Shown here piece by piece: positions 1-8,541 of a stretch of 46,776 bases of DNA. The position numbers and the translations under genes are program-made. How positions within the stretch are numbered: position 1 is the stretch's first letter; the number at the start of each line of letters is the position of its first letter. The notes beneath the pieces were generated by a model, which was not told where the DNA came from, made no database searches, and was given only the letters and a program-made list of their open reading frames with translations. Location: positions 1-46,776 of the forward strand of contig CAXSGP010000031.1 of assembly GCA_964236955.1 (NCBI GenBank), written 5' to 3'. This stretch comes from an uncultured Oligoflexus sp. (GTDB lineage Bacteria; Bdellovibrionota_B; Oligoflexia; Oligoflexales; Oligoflexaceae).

Positions 1-33
1 AACAAGCCACAAGAAATGCCGATTCAAGCGCAT
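1..33 (-). CDS. 5' fragment of a gene running off the window (MRLNRHFLWLV...)
   Basis: ATG at 33-31 on the minus strand, preceded by a GGAAAGGA Shine-Dalgarno-like tract; only 11 codons are visible. Confidence 0.35.
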   Translation of the reverse strand, partial: MRLNRHFLWLV

Positions 34-108
34 GCAGGTAGTCCTTTCCCTTGGGCCTAGGCCTGAAGGCTAGGACCGCCCGTCAGCAGCAGGTCCTATG
101 GCTTACCT

Positions 109-1878
109 TCAGTTGATCAATGCCTTAAATGCCTGCTCAAGTTCCCCGATGCGCTTGGCGCAACTGGCCTTAGCAAGCTCAAGCTCATGTTGACGAGCGT
201 TGGTTGGTAACTCACGAAAGACGGAAAAATAGAATTTGATCTTCGGCTCAGTCCCCGATGGACGCGCACTGACCTTAGAACCGTCACTTAGGATAAATTG
301 TAGCACGTTAGAACTCGGAAGAGGGATAGGCGTTGTCAGCCTGGTCTGAAGATTTAACTCTTGGCCTTTTAGCAAATCCCTCAACTTCTCCACGTTACTG
401 CCCGCAATTTGCTGGGGTGGGTCGCGGCGCAGCTGCTCCATAATAGTTGCGATGCGGGCGGCCCCTTCCATGCCTGGCAAGGTAAAGGTCGCCAACGATT
501 CGAGATAGGATCCATGCCGCAGATAAATTTCATCGAGCACCTGACTTAGACTTTTGCCCTGCGATTTGTAGTAGGCAACCATCTCCGCCGCCACGCAGCA
601 GGCGCTGACTGCATCCTTATCGCGCACAAACGAGCCGGCAAGAAACCCATAACTCTCCTCGCCGCCACAGACGTAGTGGCGATAGGGAAGGTTTTTCCCC
701 GTTTCAATGTCATCGATGAGCTGGCAAATCCATTTGAAGCCGGTCAGGGTCTCTTCACATGCCGCTCCGTAATGCCTGGCGATTTTTTCCTGCTGATCGG
801 TCGTCACCACGGTCTTGATGACCAGCGGGTTGTTGGGCATGCGCCCCGCATCCTTCATTCCGGATAGAAAAAAATCGATCAGCAGCGAACCGATCTGATT
901 GCCGTTATAAATGCGGTAGTCGTCATTCTCACGCACGACGATGCCGATCCGATCCGAATCGGGGTCGGTACCCAGAACAAGATCAGCCTTCAGCTTCCTG
1001 CCAAGCGCGATCGCCATCGCCATCGCTTCGGGCTCTTCGGGATTGGGAAATTTTACGGTTGGAAAATCAGGATGAGGTTCCGCCTGCTCGGGCACCACGA
1101 CGACATCTTTAAAACCAAACCGTTTTAAGGCCTCGGGCACAATCCTGCCACCGGTGCCGTGGAGAGGGGTGTAGACGATCTTAAAATCCTCACGTCCAAA
1201 CTTGGGTCGCACCGAAAGTTTGACAAGCTCGCCAAAATACGCTTCATCCAACTCACTGCCAACCTCTTGAATCAAGCCCTTCTTTACGCCTTCCGCAAAG
1301 GCCATAAAGCGAATATCCTCATAGTTTTTGATGTCGCCATAACGCTTGATGATCGCCTCATCATGCGGAGCCACGATCTGGCCACCCGTTTCCCAGTAGA
1401 CTTTATAGCCATTATACTGAGGCGGGTTGTGGCTGGCGGTGACGCAGACTCCGCCCTGACATTTGAAGTAACGAACCATGTAGGAAAGCAGTGGCGTCGG
1501 CCGCAGCTCTTTGGTGATGTAGGCTTTGATGCCATTGGCCGCCATGACTTCGGCAGTCGCTTCCGAAAATTCACGGGAAAAGCGCCGCGAATCGTAGGAG
1601 ATGGCGATGGCTTTGGAACTTTTGCCGAAATGGCTATTCAAATAGTCAGCGAAGGCCTGAGCGGCCTTTCTGATGTTGTAAATGTTCATCCTCGCGGTAC
1701 CGGCACCGAGGATGCCGCGCAAGCCACCCGTGCCAAACTCGAGGTCCCGATAAAAACGCTCGGCGAGTTCCTTATCGTCACGTGCCGCCAGCAAAGCGCT
1801 GATTTCGCCACGGGTCTTGGCGTCAAAGACCGGGGAGGTCGCCCAATAATTGGCGAGTTTTTTCACTTGCTCGTTCAA
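109..1878 (-). CDS. pgm: phospho-sugar mutase (phosphoglucomutase/phosphomannomutase family)
   Basis: FGTGGLRG, TASHNP phosphoserine loop, DPDSDR metal loop, GGEESYG, RPSGTEPKIKFY; probable TTG start at 1878 behind GAGGTG (ORF track starts at 1920). Confidence 0.93.
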   Translation of the reverse strand: MNEQVKKLANYWATSPVFDAKTRGEISALLAARDDKELAERFYRDLEFGTGGLRGILGAGTARMNIYNIRKAAQAFADYLNSHFGKSSKAIAISYDSRRFSREFSEATAEVMAANGIKAYITKELRPTPLLSYMVRYFKCQGGVCVTASHNPPQYNGYKVYWETGGQIVAPHDEAIIKRYGDIKNYEDIRFMAFAEGVKKGLIQEVGSELDEAYFGELVKLSVRPKFGREDFKIVYTPLHGTGGRIVPEALKRFGFKDVVVVPEQAEPHPDFPTVKFPNPEEPEAMAMAIALGRKLKADLVLGTDPDSDRIGIVVRENDDYRIYNGNQIGSLLIDFFLSGMKDAGRMPNNPLVIKTVVTTDQQEKIARHYGAACEETLTGFKWICQLIDDIETGKNLPYRHYVCGGEESYGFLAGSFVRDKDAVSACCVAAEMVAYYKSQGKSLSQVLDEIYLRHGSYLESLATFTLPGMEGAARIATIMEQLRRDPPQQIAGSNVEKLRDLLKGQELNLQTRLTTPIPLPSSNVLQFILSDGSKVSARPSGTEPKIKFYFSVFRELPTNARQHELELAKASCAKRIGELEQAFKALIN

Positions 1879-1942
1879 GAAACACCTCACACTTGCATGA
1901 ATTTTTATGGTCTCACACAAGAATAAAGCATCATTCTCGGCG

Positions 1943-3475
1943 TCAGTCTATAGCTGGCCACCCTTGGAATTCTCTTAAATCCGCATGGGCGATCTTGGTA
2001 GCCTGCGGATAAGTTAGGAGACAGGCAATTCCCACTCCATTCAAACGATAGTCTCCGCAAAGCTTGCGGCCGGCGACCGGCAGGAAGACGTCGAGCCCGA
2101 CGGTAGGCAGATTGATCAGGACATTGGGTGATTTCAGGAGGGGCACCCAGGGCCGCACCTGATCGACCGCACCAAAGAGCGAAGTCACGAGGGAAGCGTC
2201 GGTGTCATTGGCCGCCGCGATGGCTTCCTCGACGTCCTTATAACGATAGACCGAAAGATCAGGGCACATGAGAACGTTGCTCTGATAGGAACTCGCCTGA
2301 CTCATCTCCTCAAAGAAATGCACGCCAGGCGTTACAAAAAAGCCGCTCGAACCGGTTCCAAAGCCCTTCCCCCAAACCCAGGTGTCGGTTGCTTCGCGTT
2401 TGGCCATAGTCTGATAGCGCAGAAACTTGTCGACCGCTTTTTGGGCATAGAGAGGACCGAGATGGGGATTTTCCTTCTGATCGGTCGGACTGACCTTCAG
2501 CGAGCGAATACCCCGTATCATTTCATTTTTAAAATCTTCGAGCATGCTGTCGTGAACGTAGGCACGGCTGGTCGAGGTGTTCAACTGCCCGGCGTTTTTA
2601 ATCACGCCATAAATCGTCTGCCGCACCGCTTCCTTAACATCCGAGCCAGGCGCCACGATCACGGCATTTTTACCGCCAGATTGCAAGAGCAGCTGGCGCG
2701 TGAGGGTGTTGCTTGGATCGCGGCGAATCGCATCACAGTGCTCGCGTGAGCCCGAATAGATCACGGCTTGAATGCGTTTGTCGGTCAGCGCCTTGGCAAA
2801 GTTTTGATAGTTGCCAAAGACCACGTTTACGGCGCCTTGGGGCAAATCCAGCTTTTCGATGATAAAAGCAAAGAGCGCGCCTGAGATCAGGGCATGCGAC
2901 GACGGCATGAGGAGCAAGGGCGAACCTGCGATCATCGCTCCTGAGAGGCATTGAACAAATGTAGCAAGGGGGGTGGAGAAGGGAAGGAAGGCCATCGTAA
3001 TACCGCTCGATAAAAGCTCGAACTCAGTCCCCGGCCAAGCCAGCATCACCGGCCCAAGGAGGAGCTGGCGAATGTTTTGCCTATCGGCAAAGATCGCATC
3101 AAGCTGCTGGATCGAGGCTCGAAAATCGGCTTCTGCTTCCCAGCGGGCTTTGCCGGCTTCGATGCAGAGCGCATCGATGATGACCGATTCATAGTCTGCG
3201 ATCTGCTGACGCAGCCGCACCAGAGCATTGATGCGTTCATCAAGACTAAGCTGTGATAATTTTTTTTGAGCTAGGTCGGCGCTCTCGATACCGGACTCGA
3301 TTGTCTTACGGCTCAGCAGAATGCGGCCGATAGGGGTGCCGTTGGAAGGATTAAGGGATCCCTGCAGAGCTTCGGCTTTTGGATCGTTGATCCATTCGCC
3401 GCCGATATAGTGTCCCGGAAAATCAAGAGGAAACTTACGTGCACGTATGGCCGCTGAAAAAGCCTCGATACCCAT
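1943..3475 (-). CDS. aldehyde dehydrogenase-fold protein, probably catalytically inactive
   Basis: ALDH scaffold (YIGGEW, NPSNG, EAGK, YSGS, GGKNA, AGQ, LGPL, GFFVTP, EEAIAAAN) but Gln and Asn occupy the catalytic Glu and Cys positions. Confidence 0.85.
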   Translation of the reverse strand: MGIEAFSAAIRARKFPLDFPGHYIGGEWINDPKAEALQGSLNPSNGTPIGRILLSRKTIESGIESADLAQKKLSQLSLDERINALVRLRQQIADYESVIIDALCIEAGKARWEAEADFRASIQQLDAIFADRQNIRQLLLGPVMLAWPGTEFELLSSGITMAFLPFSTPLATFVQCLSGAMIAGSPLLLMPSSHALISGALFAFIIEKLDLPQGAVNVVFGNYQNFAKALTDKRIQAVIYSGSREHCDAIRRDPSNTLTRQLLLQSGGKNAVIVAPGSDVKEAVRQTIYGVIKNAGQLNTSTSRAYVHDSMLEDFKNEMIRGIRSLKVSPTDQKENPHLGPLYAQKAVDKFLRYQTMAKREATDTWVWGKGFGTGSSGFFVTPGVHFFEEMSQASSYQSNVLMCPDLSVYRYKDVEEAIAAANDTDASLVTSLFGAVDQVRPWVPLLKSPNVLINLPTVGLDVFLPVAGRKLCGDYRLNGVGIACLLTYPQATKIAHADLREFQGWPAID

Positions 3476-3620
3476 AAAGCCTCCTTAGAAAAAGTCAAAG
3501 ATAAGCCGCACTGGAGTTTTCGGAATTAAGGGCGCAAACCCTTAACTCTCTTTATCTTACTGCGTCATATCACTGAAGTCTAAGGTAAATTTAGCATATA
3601 GCGGCTACGAATTAGCTGCA

Positions 3621-4967
3621 CTACTTGCCCACACAGAATTCGTGAAAAACCTTGTCGAGAATATCCTCCACATCGACCACACCCAAAATTCCACCCAGCG
3701 CCCGCGTGGCATTTTGCAGTTCAAAGGCCAGCATCTCATCATAGGCGCCGTCCTTTACCCCTGCAAAGAACTGATCCAGATCCGCCTTCGCCGCTTGGAT
3801 CGCCTGATGGTGCCGGGCTGAGCTGACAAAAGGCTGATCCTTCAATGGACCGACATAACCATCGACCCGTTTCACCACTTCCGCCTCGAGTTGCTCAAGG
3901 CCATGATCGGCGAGACAGGAAATCGGCACATAACCCGCCCGATTCGACTCCTGACCCAGATCAGCCTTGGTTTGCACCCGCAGGCATTTTTCAAGACCGA
4001 TCCTTAGGGCTATGCTTTCGATATCCTTATAGGCCTGAACCGGCGCATCCTTAGCGACCAAAAGCAAAACCAGGTCGGCCTGCATGGCAATGGCCAAAGC
4101 CTTGGCCACCCCCTGCCGCTCAATGGTATCTTCGGTGTCACGAACCCCAGCCGTATCAACCAGACGAATAAGCCGACCGCTCATGCGGCAGGGTTCTTCG
4201 AGATAGTCACGGGTGGTACCGGCCTGGTCGCTGACGATCGCACGCTCATGACCCAAGAGGGTATTCATCAGGGTCGATTTACCCATATTGGGTTGGCCGA
4301 TGATGGCTACCATCAGACCCTGCGCGGCCACGCGGCCCGAAGCATAGCTGGCCTCCAGTTTTTGCAGCTGGGCCATCACGCCCCGCACCTTATGAACGAC
4401 GGTTTCCAGAGCAACATCCTGGGTATCGCCTTCGTCGGGAAAATCAATGCGGGCGGCAAGAAAGGCCAGCGCTCCAATCAGACGTGAGCGCAGCTCTTCA
4501 ATCGTCTCGGAAAAGCGCCCGGTCGCCAGCTGGCGCGCGGCGATCCACTGCTGATGGGTACCAGCTTCGACCAACTGCTTCACGCCCTCGGCCGAACTAA
4601 GATCCATCTTGCCATTCAAAAAGGCCCGGCGTGTGAATTCGCCCGGCTCGGCTGGTCGAAAGCCATGGGCGAAAAGAGTTTGCAGGATGCGTTGCACGAT
4701 ATAGGGGCCGCCATGGCAAAACAATTCGGCAGAATCCTCACCCGTAAAGGAATGCGGCCCGACGAAAAGCGCCACCATCAGCTCGTCGATCCTCTCCCCC
4801 GAGGCAGGATCCAAAAAGCCCGCTAAGGCCATCGATCGCGCCACCGGCGTTGATCGGCGCTCCAAGAGAGGCTCCAGGTAATCAAAGGTATCACGGCCGC
4901 TCATTCGAATCACTGCGATCGCTGCGGCACCAGGCGCGGTCGAGAGTGCCGCGATGGCTTCGCTCAT
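3621..4967 (-). CDS. mnmE: tRNA uridine-34 modification GTPase MnmE
   Basis: IAALSTAPG, SFTGED, GEFTRRAFLNGK, GQPNMGKS, GTTRD, DTAG, C-terminal FCVGK; ATG 4967 avoids overlap with jag. Confidence 0.97.
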   Translation of the reverse strand: MSEAIAALSTAPGAAAIAVIRMSGRDTFDYLEPLLERRSTPVARSMALAGFLDPASGERIDELMVALFVGPHSFTGEDSAELFCHGGPYIVQRILQTLFAHGFRPAEPGEFTRRAFLNGKMDLSSAEGVKQLVEAGTHQQWIAARQLATGRFSETIEELRSRLIGALAFLAARIDFPDEGDTQDVALETVVHKVRGVMAQLQKLEASYASGRVAAQGLMVAIIGQPNMGKSTLMNTLLGHERAIVSDQAGTTRDYLEEPCRMSGRLIRLVDTAGVRDTEDTIERQGVAKALAIAMQADLVLLLVAKDAPVQAYKDIESIALRIGLEKCLRVQTKADLGQESNRAGYVPISCLADHGLEQLEAEVVKRVDGYVGPLKDQPFVSSARHHQAIQAAKADLDQFFAGVKDGAYDEMLAFELQNATRALGGILGVVDVEDILDKVFHEFCVGK

Positions 4968-5022
4968 AACGGAAAACCCGACATGAGCCGGGCTATAGGA
5001 GTCGTGCAGGGTGTGCTGGCCT

Positions 5023-5757
5023 TTATCCTTCATCGCCTCTCTCAGCTTCATCTTTTTTGCGGATCGGCAGTATCATCAGTTTACGATTGGGTCCGGTGCC
5101 GATCGATTTCGTATAAACACGTTCGTCTTTGTCTAAAGCCATATGAATGATTTTTCGATCATAGGAACTTTTGTAGTTCAAAACGATAGGGCGCCTATTC
5201 TCGTTAACTTTTTCCGATAAATCGCGGGCCAGCGCGACGAGATCGGTTTCGCGTCGCCGCCGCACACCCTGCACGTCGATAAAAATACGGAAAGGTAATT
5301 CACGCTTTAAATGCCGAGGTTTTTTGCGTAGGACATGCTCCAGCGCTTCCGCCAGCTTGCTGTTTTTCAGCATCTGCGCTGCCAGGTAATCATCGTCACA
5401 ATCCAAAATCAAGCGGCCGTCATCAAGTTCAGCGCTGACTTCCATGTTGCGGCCGGCGATAAAGCCACAAATTTCTTGACAAAATTTTCGCAGATCATCC
5501 TTCAAGGCTTCAATCTCTTGCGGAGTCAGCTCTTCAAGTTCCTGATGCCCACCGGGCCTATCACTGATACTCGCCTCTTTTTGCCAGGCGGCGATTTCAA
5601 CTTTTTTCGTCAAAAAAGCAAACAGACCGCTGCCCCCTTGGGAGACGAGTCTAAAGTCGAGTTGTTCCTGTTCCACTTTCAGCTGGCGAGCGGCTTCAGT
5701 CAGTGCCCCGTCAAGAGTCTTGGCGGTCACGCGAATTTCATGAGACTGGCTCTGCAT
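5023..5757 (-). CDS. jag: Jag/EloR/KhpB RNA-binding protein (Jag-N, KH, R3H)
   Basis: Jag N-terminal domain (AKTLDGALTEAARQL...GLFAFL), R3H motif SYDRKIIH, conserved position between yidC and mnmE. Confidence 0.88.
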   Translation of the reverse strand: MQSQSHEIRVTAKTLDGALTEAARQLKVEQEQLDFRLVSQGGSGLFAFLTKKVEIAAWQKEASISDRPGGHQELEELTPQEIEALKDDLRKFCQEICGFIAGRNMEVSAELDDGRLILDCDDDYLAAQMLKNSKLAEALEHVLRKKPRHLKRELPFRIFIDVQGVRRRRETDLVALARDLSEKVNENRRPIVLNYKSSYDRKIIHMALDKDERVYTKSIGTGPNRKLMILPIRKKDEAERGDEG

Positions 5758-5807
5758 TGAATCCTCCTGTTCGTATTCAAACCGATGTCAACTTCGGCCA
5801 ACGGTCC

Positions 5808-7484
5808 TCAAAGGTCCTTGAGCGCCAGCCGGCTATTGAGCCAACGCTGCTGAGTGATGGAGACTATGGTATTGGTCATCATATAAAGAACCATACCTGC
5901 CGGTAGCGACAGCATCATCAAAGAAAAAATAACGGGCATCATCAGCATGATCTTTTCTTGATTTTTATCCATACCCGGGTTGGGAGTCAATTTTTGTTGC
6001 AAGAACATGCCGACACCCAGAAGTATTGGCGTAATATAATAGGGATCTTTCGAAGACAAATCGATGAGCCAGCCGTAAAAAGGCGCATGACGCAGTTCGA
6101 TGGCCTGGGACAAGACGTTATAGAAGGCGATAAAGACCGGAACCTGCGGCAGGATAGGCAGACAGCCTTTAAACGGGTTGACCTTATTCTTCGACATGAA
6201 GGCCATCAGCTCACGCTGCTGCCGGGCGGGATCGTCTTTAAGGCGCTCCTTGAGGGCATTCATCTCGGGCTGCAGCTTTTGCATGCGCTTGGTCGAAATC
6301 GCCGCAGCACGCGTCAGCGGGAAAAAGGCCAGTTTAAGGATCAGCGTGACGATGATGATAGCCAGGCCCCAGTTTTGCACAGCCTGATGAACGCCTTTAA
6401 GCGCGATCAGCAGGGGGTGGGCAAAGAAAGAGAACCAACCGAGCTTGATGCTGCTTTTAAGTTCCGGTCCAAACGCTTCCAGAACATCGACTTTTTTAGG
6501 CCCGAAATAGCCGGACAGTTTCATCGAGGCCATCGCACCCGGAGCCAGCACGCCTAATTTTTGGCTGATCATGGTCGCAATCTCACAGCGGGTCTCGGTC
6601 GACTCGCCGTCGCGCTGCACAAGATAGTCAGCGGTTTGATTTTGCGCCCAGAGGAGGCCGAGGAAATAGTGTTTATCAAAGCCGAGGTAATCCACTTTTT
6701 CATTTTTCAGATTGGCGGCAGGCTCAGCCCCTTCCTCACAGAGTTTTTTAAGGGCCATATCGTTGCGCTTGCCGTCCAGACCATAGAGCACACCGATATC
6801 GGCAGGCGAGGAAGGCGCCAAAAAGTTACCTGATTTTGTCGGGATGGTGAGCGCTTGCTTAATCAAGGTGCTGGCGTTGAGGTCCTGCTCTTTGTCGCTG
6901 ATGTTTTTGAAGCCAATATCGACCTTAAAACCGTAGCCTTCGGTGGGAATATTATAGGTTTGGCTAATTTCCCAGACCCCTTCGGTGCGGGTGAAGACGA
7001 TGGCATTGCCTTCGCGCCTGCCGCTGTAGCCGCTTTTGCTGGTCCTATCGTCGCTTTTTGCTGTGCCCTGAACCAGCATTTCCGCGTCGAGAAGATTGAC
7101 CGGCTCCATTTCGCCCTTACGCGCGGCATAGTCTTTTAATCGCAGTTCGACGATGCTGGCTTTCGCCTGATCGAAACGAATCAGGGTTTGGGCATTATCA
7201 AAGGTCAGCTCGCTGGCACTCAAAGGGCTGATCGAGGCCGCCGCGATCGTGCCTGGCGCGGGTGGCGCCTCGGGCGACGTGCTAGAACCTGCAGCAGCGG
7301 GGGGATTGCTGCCGGCCGGGCTGGTGAGTTCGGGCTTCGCCGCATTGGGATCGGAGGCCATCTCGCTGGTTTGCTGAGCGCTGGAGTAATAGCTCGGGTA
7401 TTTATTTTGTAAATAGTACATGTAGCCCATTACAAAAAGAAAACACACGATAGTCGCAGTGATAGATTTCTTGTCCCAATTCAT
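5808..7484 (-). CDS. yidC: membrane protein insertase YidC
   Basis: YFGPK, NWGLAIIIVT, MQKLQPEM, GCLPILPQVPVF, ELRHAPFYGWLIDLS, DPYYI. Confidence 0.97.
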   Translation of the reverse strand: MNWDKKSITATIVCFLFVMGYMYYLQNKYPSYYSSAQQTSEMASDPNAAKPELTSPAGSNPPAAAGSSTSPEAPPAPGTIAAASISPLSASELTFDNAQTLIRFDQAKASIVELRLKDYAARKGEMEPVNLLDAEMLVQGTAKSDDRTSKSGYSGRREGNAIVFTRTEGVWEISQTYNIPTEGYGFKVDIGFKNISDKEQDLNASTLIKQALTIPTKSGNFLAPSSPADIGVLYGLDGKRNDMALKKLCEEGAEPAANLKNEKVDYLGFDKHYFLGLLWAQNQTADYLVQRDGESTETRCEIATMISQKLGVLAPGAMASMKLSGYFGPKKVDVLEAFGPELKSSIKLGWFSFFAHPLLIALKGVHQAVQNWGLAIIIVTLILKLAFFPLTRAAAISTKRMQKLQPEMNALKERLKDDPARQQRELMAFMSKNKVNPFKGCLPILPQVPVFIAFYNVLSQAIELRHAPFYGWLIDLSSKDPYYITPILLGVGMFLQQKLTPNPGMDKNQEKIMLMMPVIFSLMMLSLPAGMVLYMMTNTIVSITQQRWLNSRLALKDL

Positions 7485-7711
7485 GGTAAATCAACGCCTC
7501 CAGGGTGCCAGGGATTGCAGCGTAAAATGCGCAAGGAAATTTTGGTAGTCGCTTTAGGGAGTGGATAAGTTTCCAAACAACTCACAGCGTAGCGGGAGCA
7601 GCTTGGGTAGAAGCGGCAGCGCGGGCCTAGCAGGGGTGCCAGACAGATCTGATAAAGTCTGATAAGGCCTATAAGAAGGCGACCAATCATTCGTTTCCGT
7701 CCTGGCTTCAA
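7481..7711 (-). CDS. yidD: membrane protein insertion efficiency factor YidD
   Basis: CRFYPSCSRY and RILRCNPWHPGGVD motifs; alternative ATG at 7690. Confidence 0.95.
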   Translation of the reverse strand: MKPGRKRMIGRLLIGLIRLYQICLAPLLGPRCRFYPSCSRYAVSCLETYPLPKATTKISLRILRCNPWHPGGVDLP

Positions 7712-7729
7712 AGGAACAATGAACCAGCC

Positions 7730-8137
7730 CTATAATTCGGCCCGCAGCTGCGCACGCGCGGCATCTTTTTCAAGACGCTGCTGCACCTTTGCCAGAGCAA
7801 ACGATAGAGCCTGGCCTAAGGCCTCGAAGGGAGCGCCATCGGCTTGGCCACGGGCGATCACAACGAGATCCATACCTAAAGGTCGCTCGGGGAGAGTACG
7901 AAAAAGTTCGCGAAGGCGCCTGCGCACACGATTCCGTGTCACAGCACCTCCAACCTTTTTAGAGACGATAAATCCGATTCTTGTCGCGGGCCCATTACTG
8001 CGGCGACCGATCATAACCAGATAAGGGGTTACGATCTTGGTGCCGTTGTCCATGGTTCGTGTGAACTCAGGTCTCCTACGCAGTCGATGCTGCTTAGGAA
8101 ACGCAAATAACGATGGGACCTCTGAAGGAGGATTCAT
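7730..8137 (-). CDS. rnpA: ribonuclease P protein component
   Basis: RIGFIVSKKVGGAVTRNRVRRRLRE (RNR motif); synteny with rpmH and yidD. Confidence 0.96.
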   Translation of the reverse strand: MNPPSEVPSLFAFPKQHRLRRRPEFTRTMDNGTKIVTPYLVMIGRRSNGPATRIGFIVSKKVGGAVTRNRVRRRLRELFRTLPERPLGMDLVVIARGQADGAPFEALGQALSFALAKVQQRLEKDAARAQLRAEL

Positions 8138-8150
8138 AGACTTTTAAAAA

Positions 8151-8303
8151 TTACTTTTTGTAGATGGTCGGTACAAGACGCTTACGGCCCTTGGCCCGTC
8201 GACGTGCAAGAACATTACGTCCACCCGGACTCGCCATGCGAGCGCGGAAGCCGTGATTTCGTTTGCGTTTCAGTTTACTCGGTTGAAAAGTACGTTTTGA
8301 CAT
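8151..8303 (-). CDS. rpmH: 50S ribosomal protein L34
   Basis: [46 protein letters not shown] 8303 preceded by GAGGAG. Confidence 0.98.
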   Translation of the reverse strand: MSKRTFQPSKLKRKRNHGFRARMASPGGRNVLARRRAKGRKRLVPTIYKK

Positions 8304-8541
8304 TGCTTTCTCCTCAAGTCTCGGCCCAACTGCGATCAAGTTGCTGTATATCAGAGAACGACTGCTCAAGAGCAGGCGCTTAGTTAGTTGGGACAGCCGC
8401 GAGAATCTACCAGAACAACCGTAGGCTTGCAAGAAATCTAGATGGAGACCGTGAAGAAGCTTTCAAGTCCCGCCACTTTTCACTAGACACACGTCAAAAA
8501 GTTTAATAGATAGCCCTTCAACACCGACTAAAGGATCAATT

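Noticed and set aside
1159..1926. Long antisense ORFs (this 255-aa one; also 9982-10764, 14342-15079, 37274-38101)
   Set aside because: Shadow frames of well-supported genes, with no motifs or RBS support
4968..5051. N-terminal extension of MnmE
   Set aside because: It overlaps the jag 3' end; homology starts at MSEAIAALST
7560..7568. DnaA-box-like TTATCCACT on the minus strand
   Set aside because: Single imperfect box inside yidD; no cluster or unwinding element
8304..8432. 43-aa N-terminal extension of L34 in the ORF track
   Set aside because: Upstream TTG artefact; the ATG at 8303 has GAGGAG and gives a normal L34
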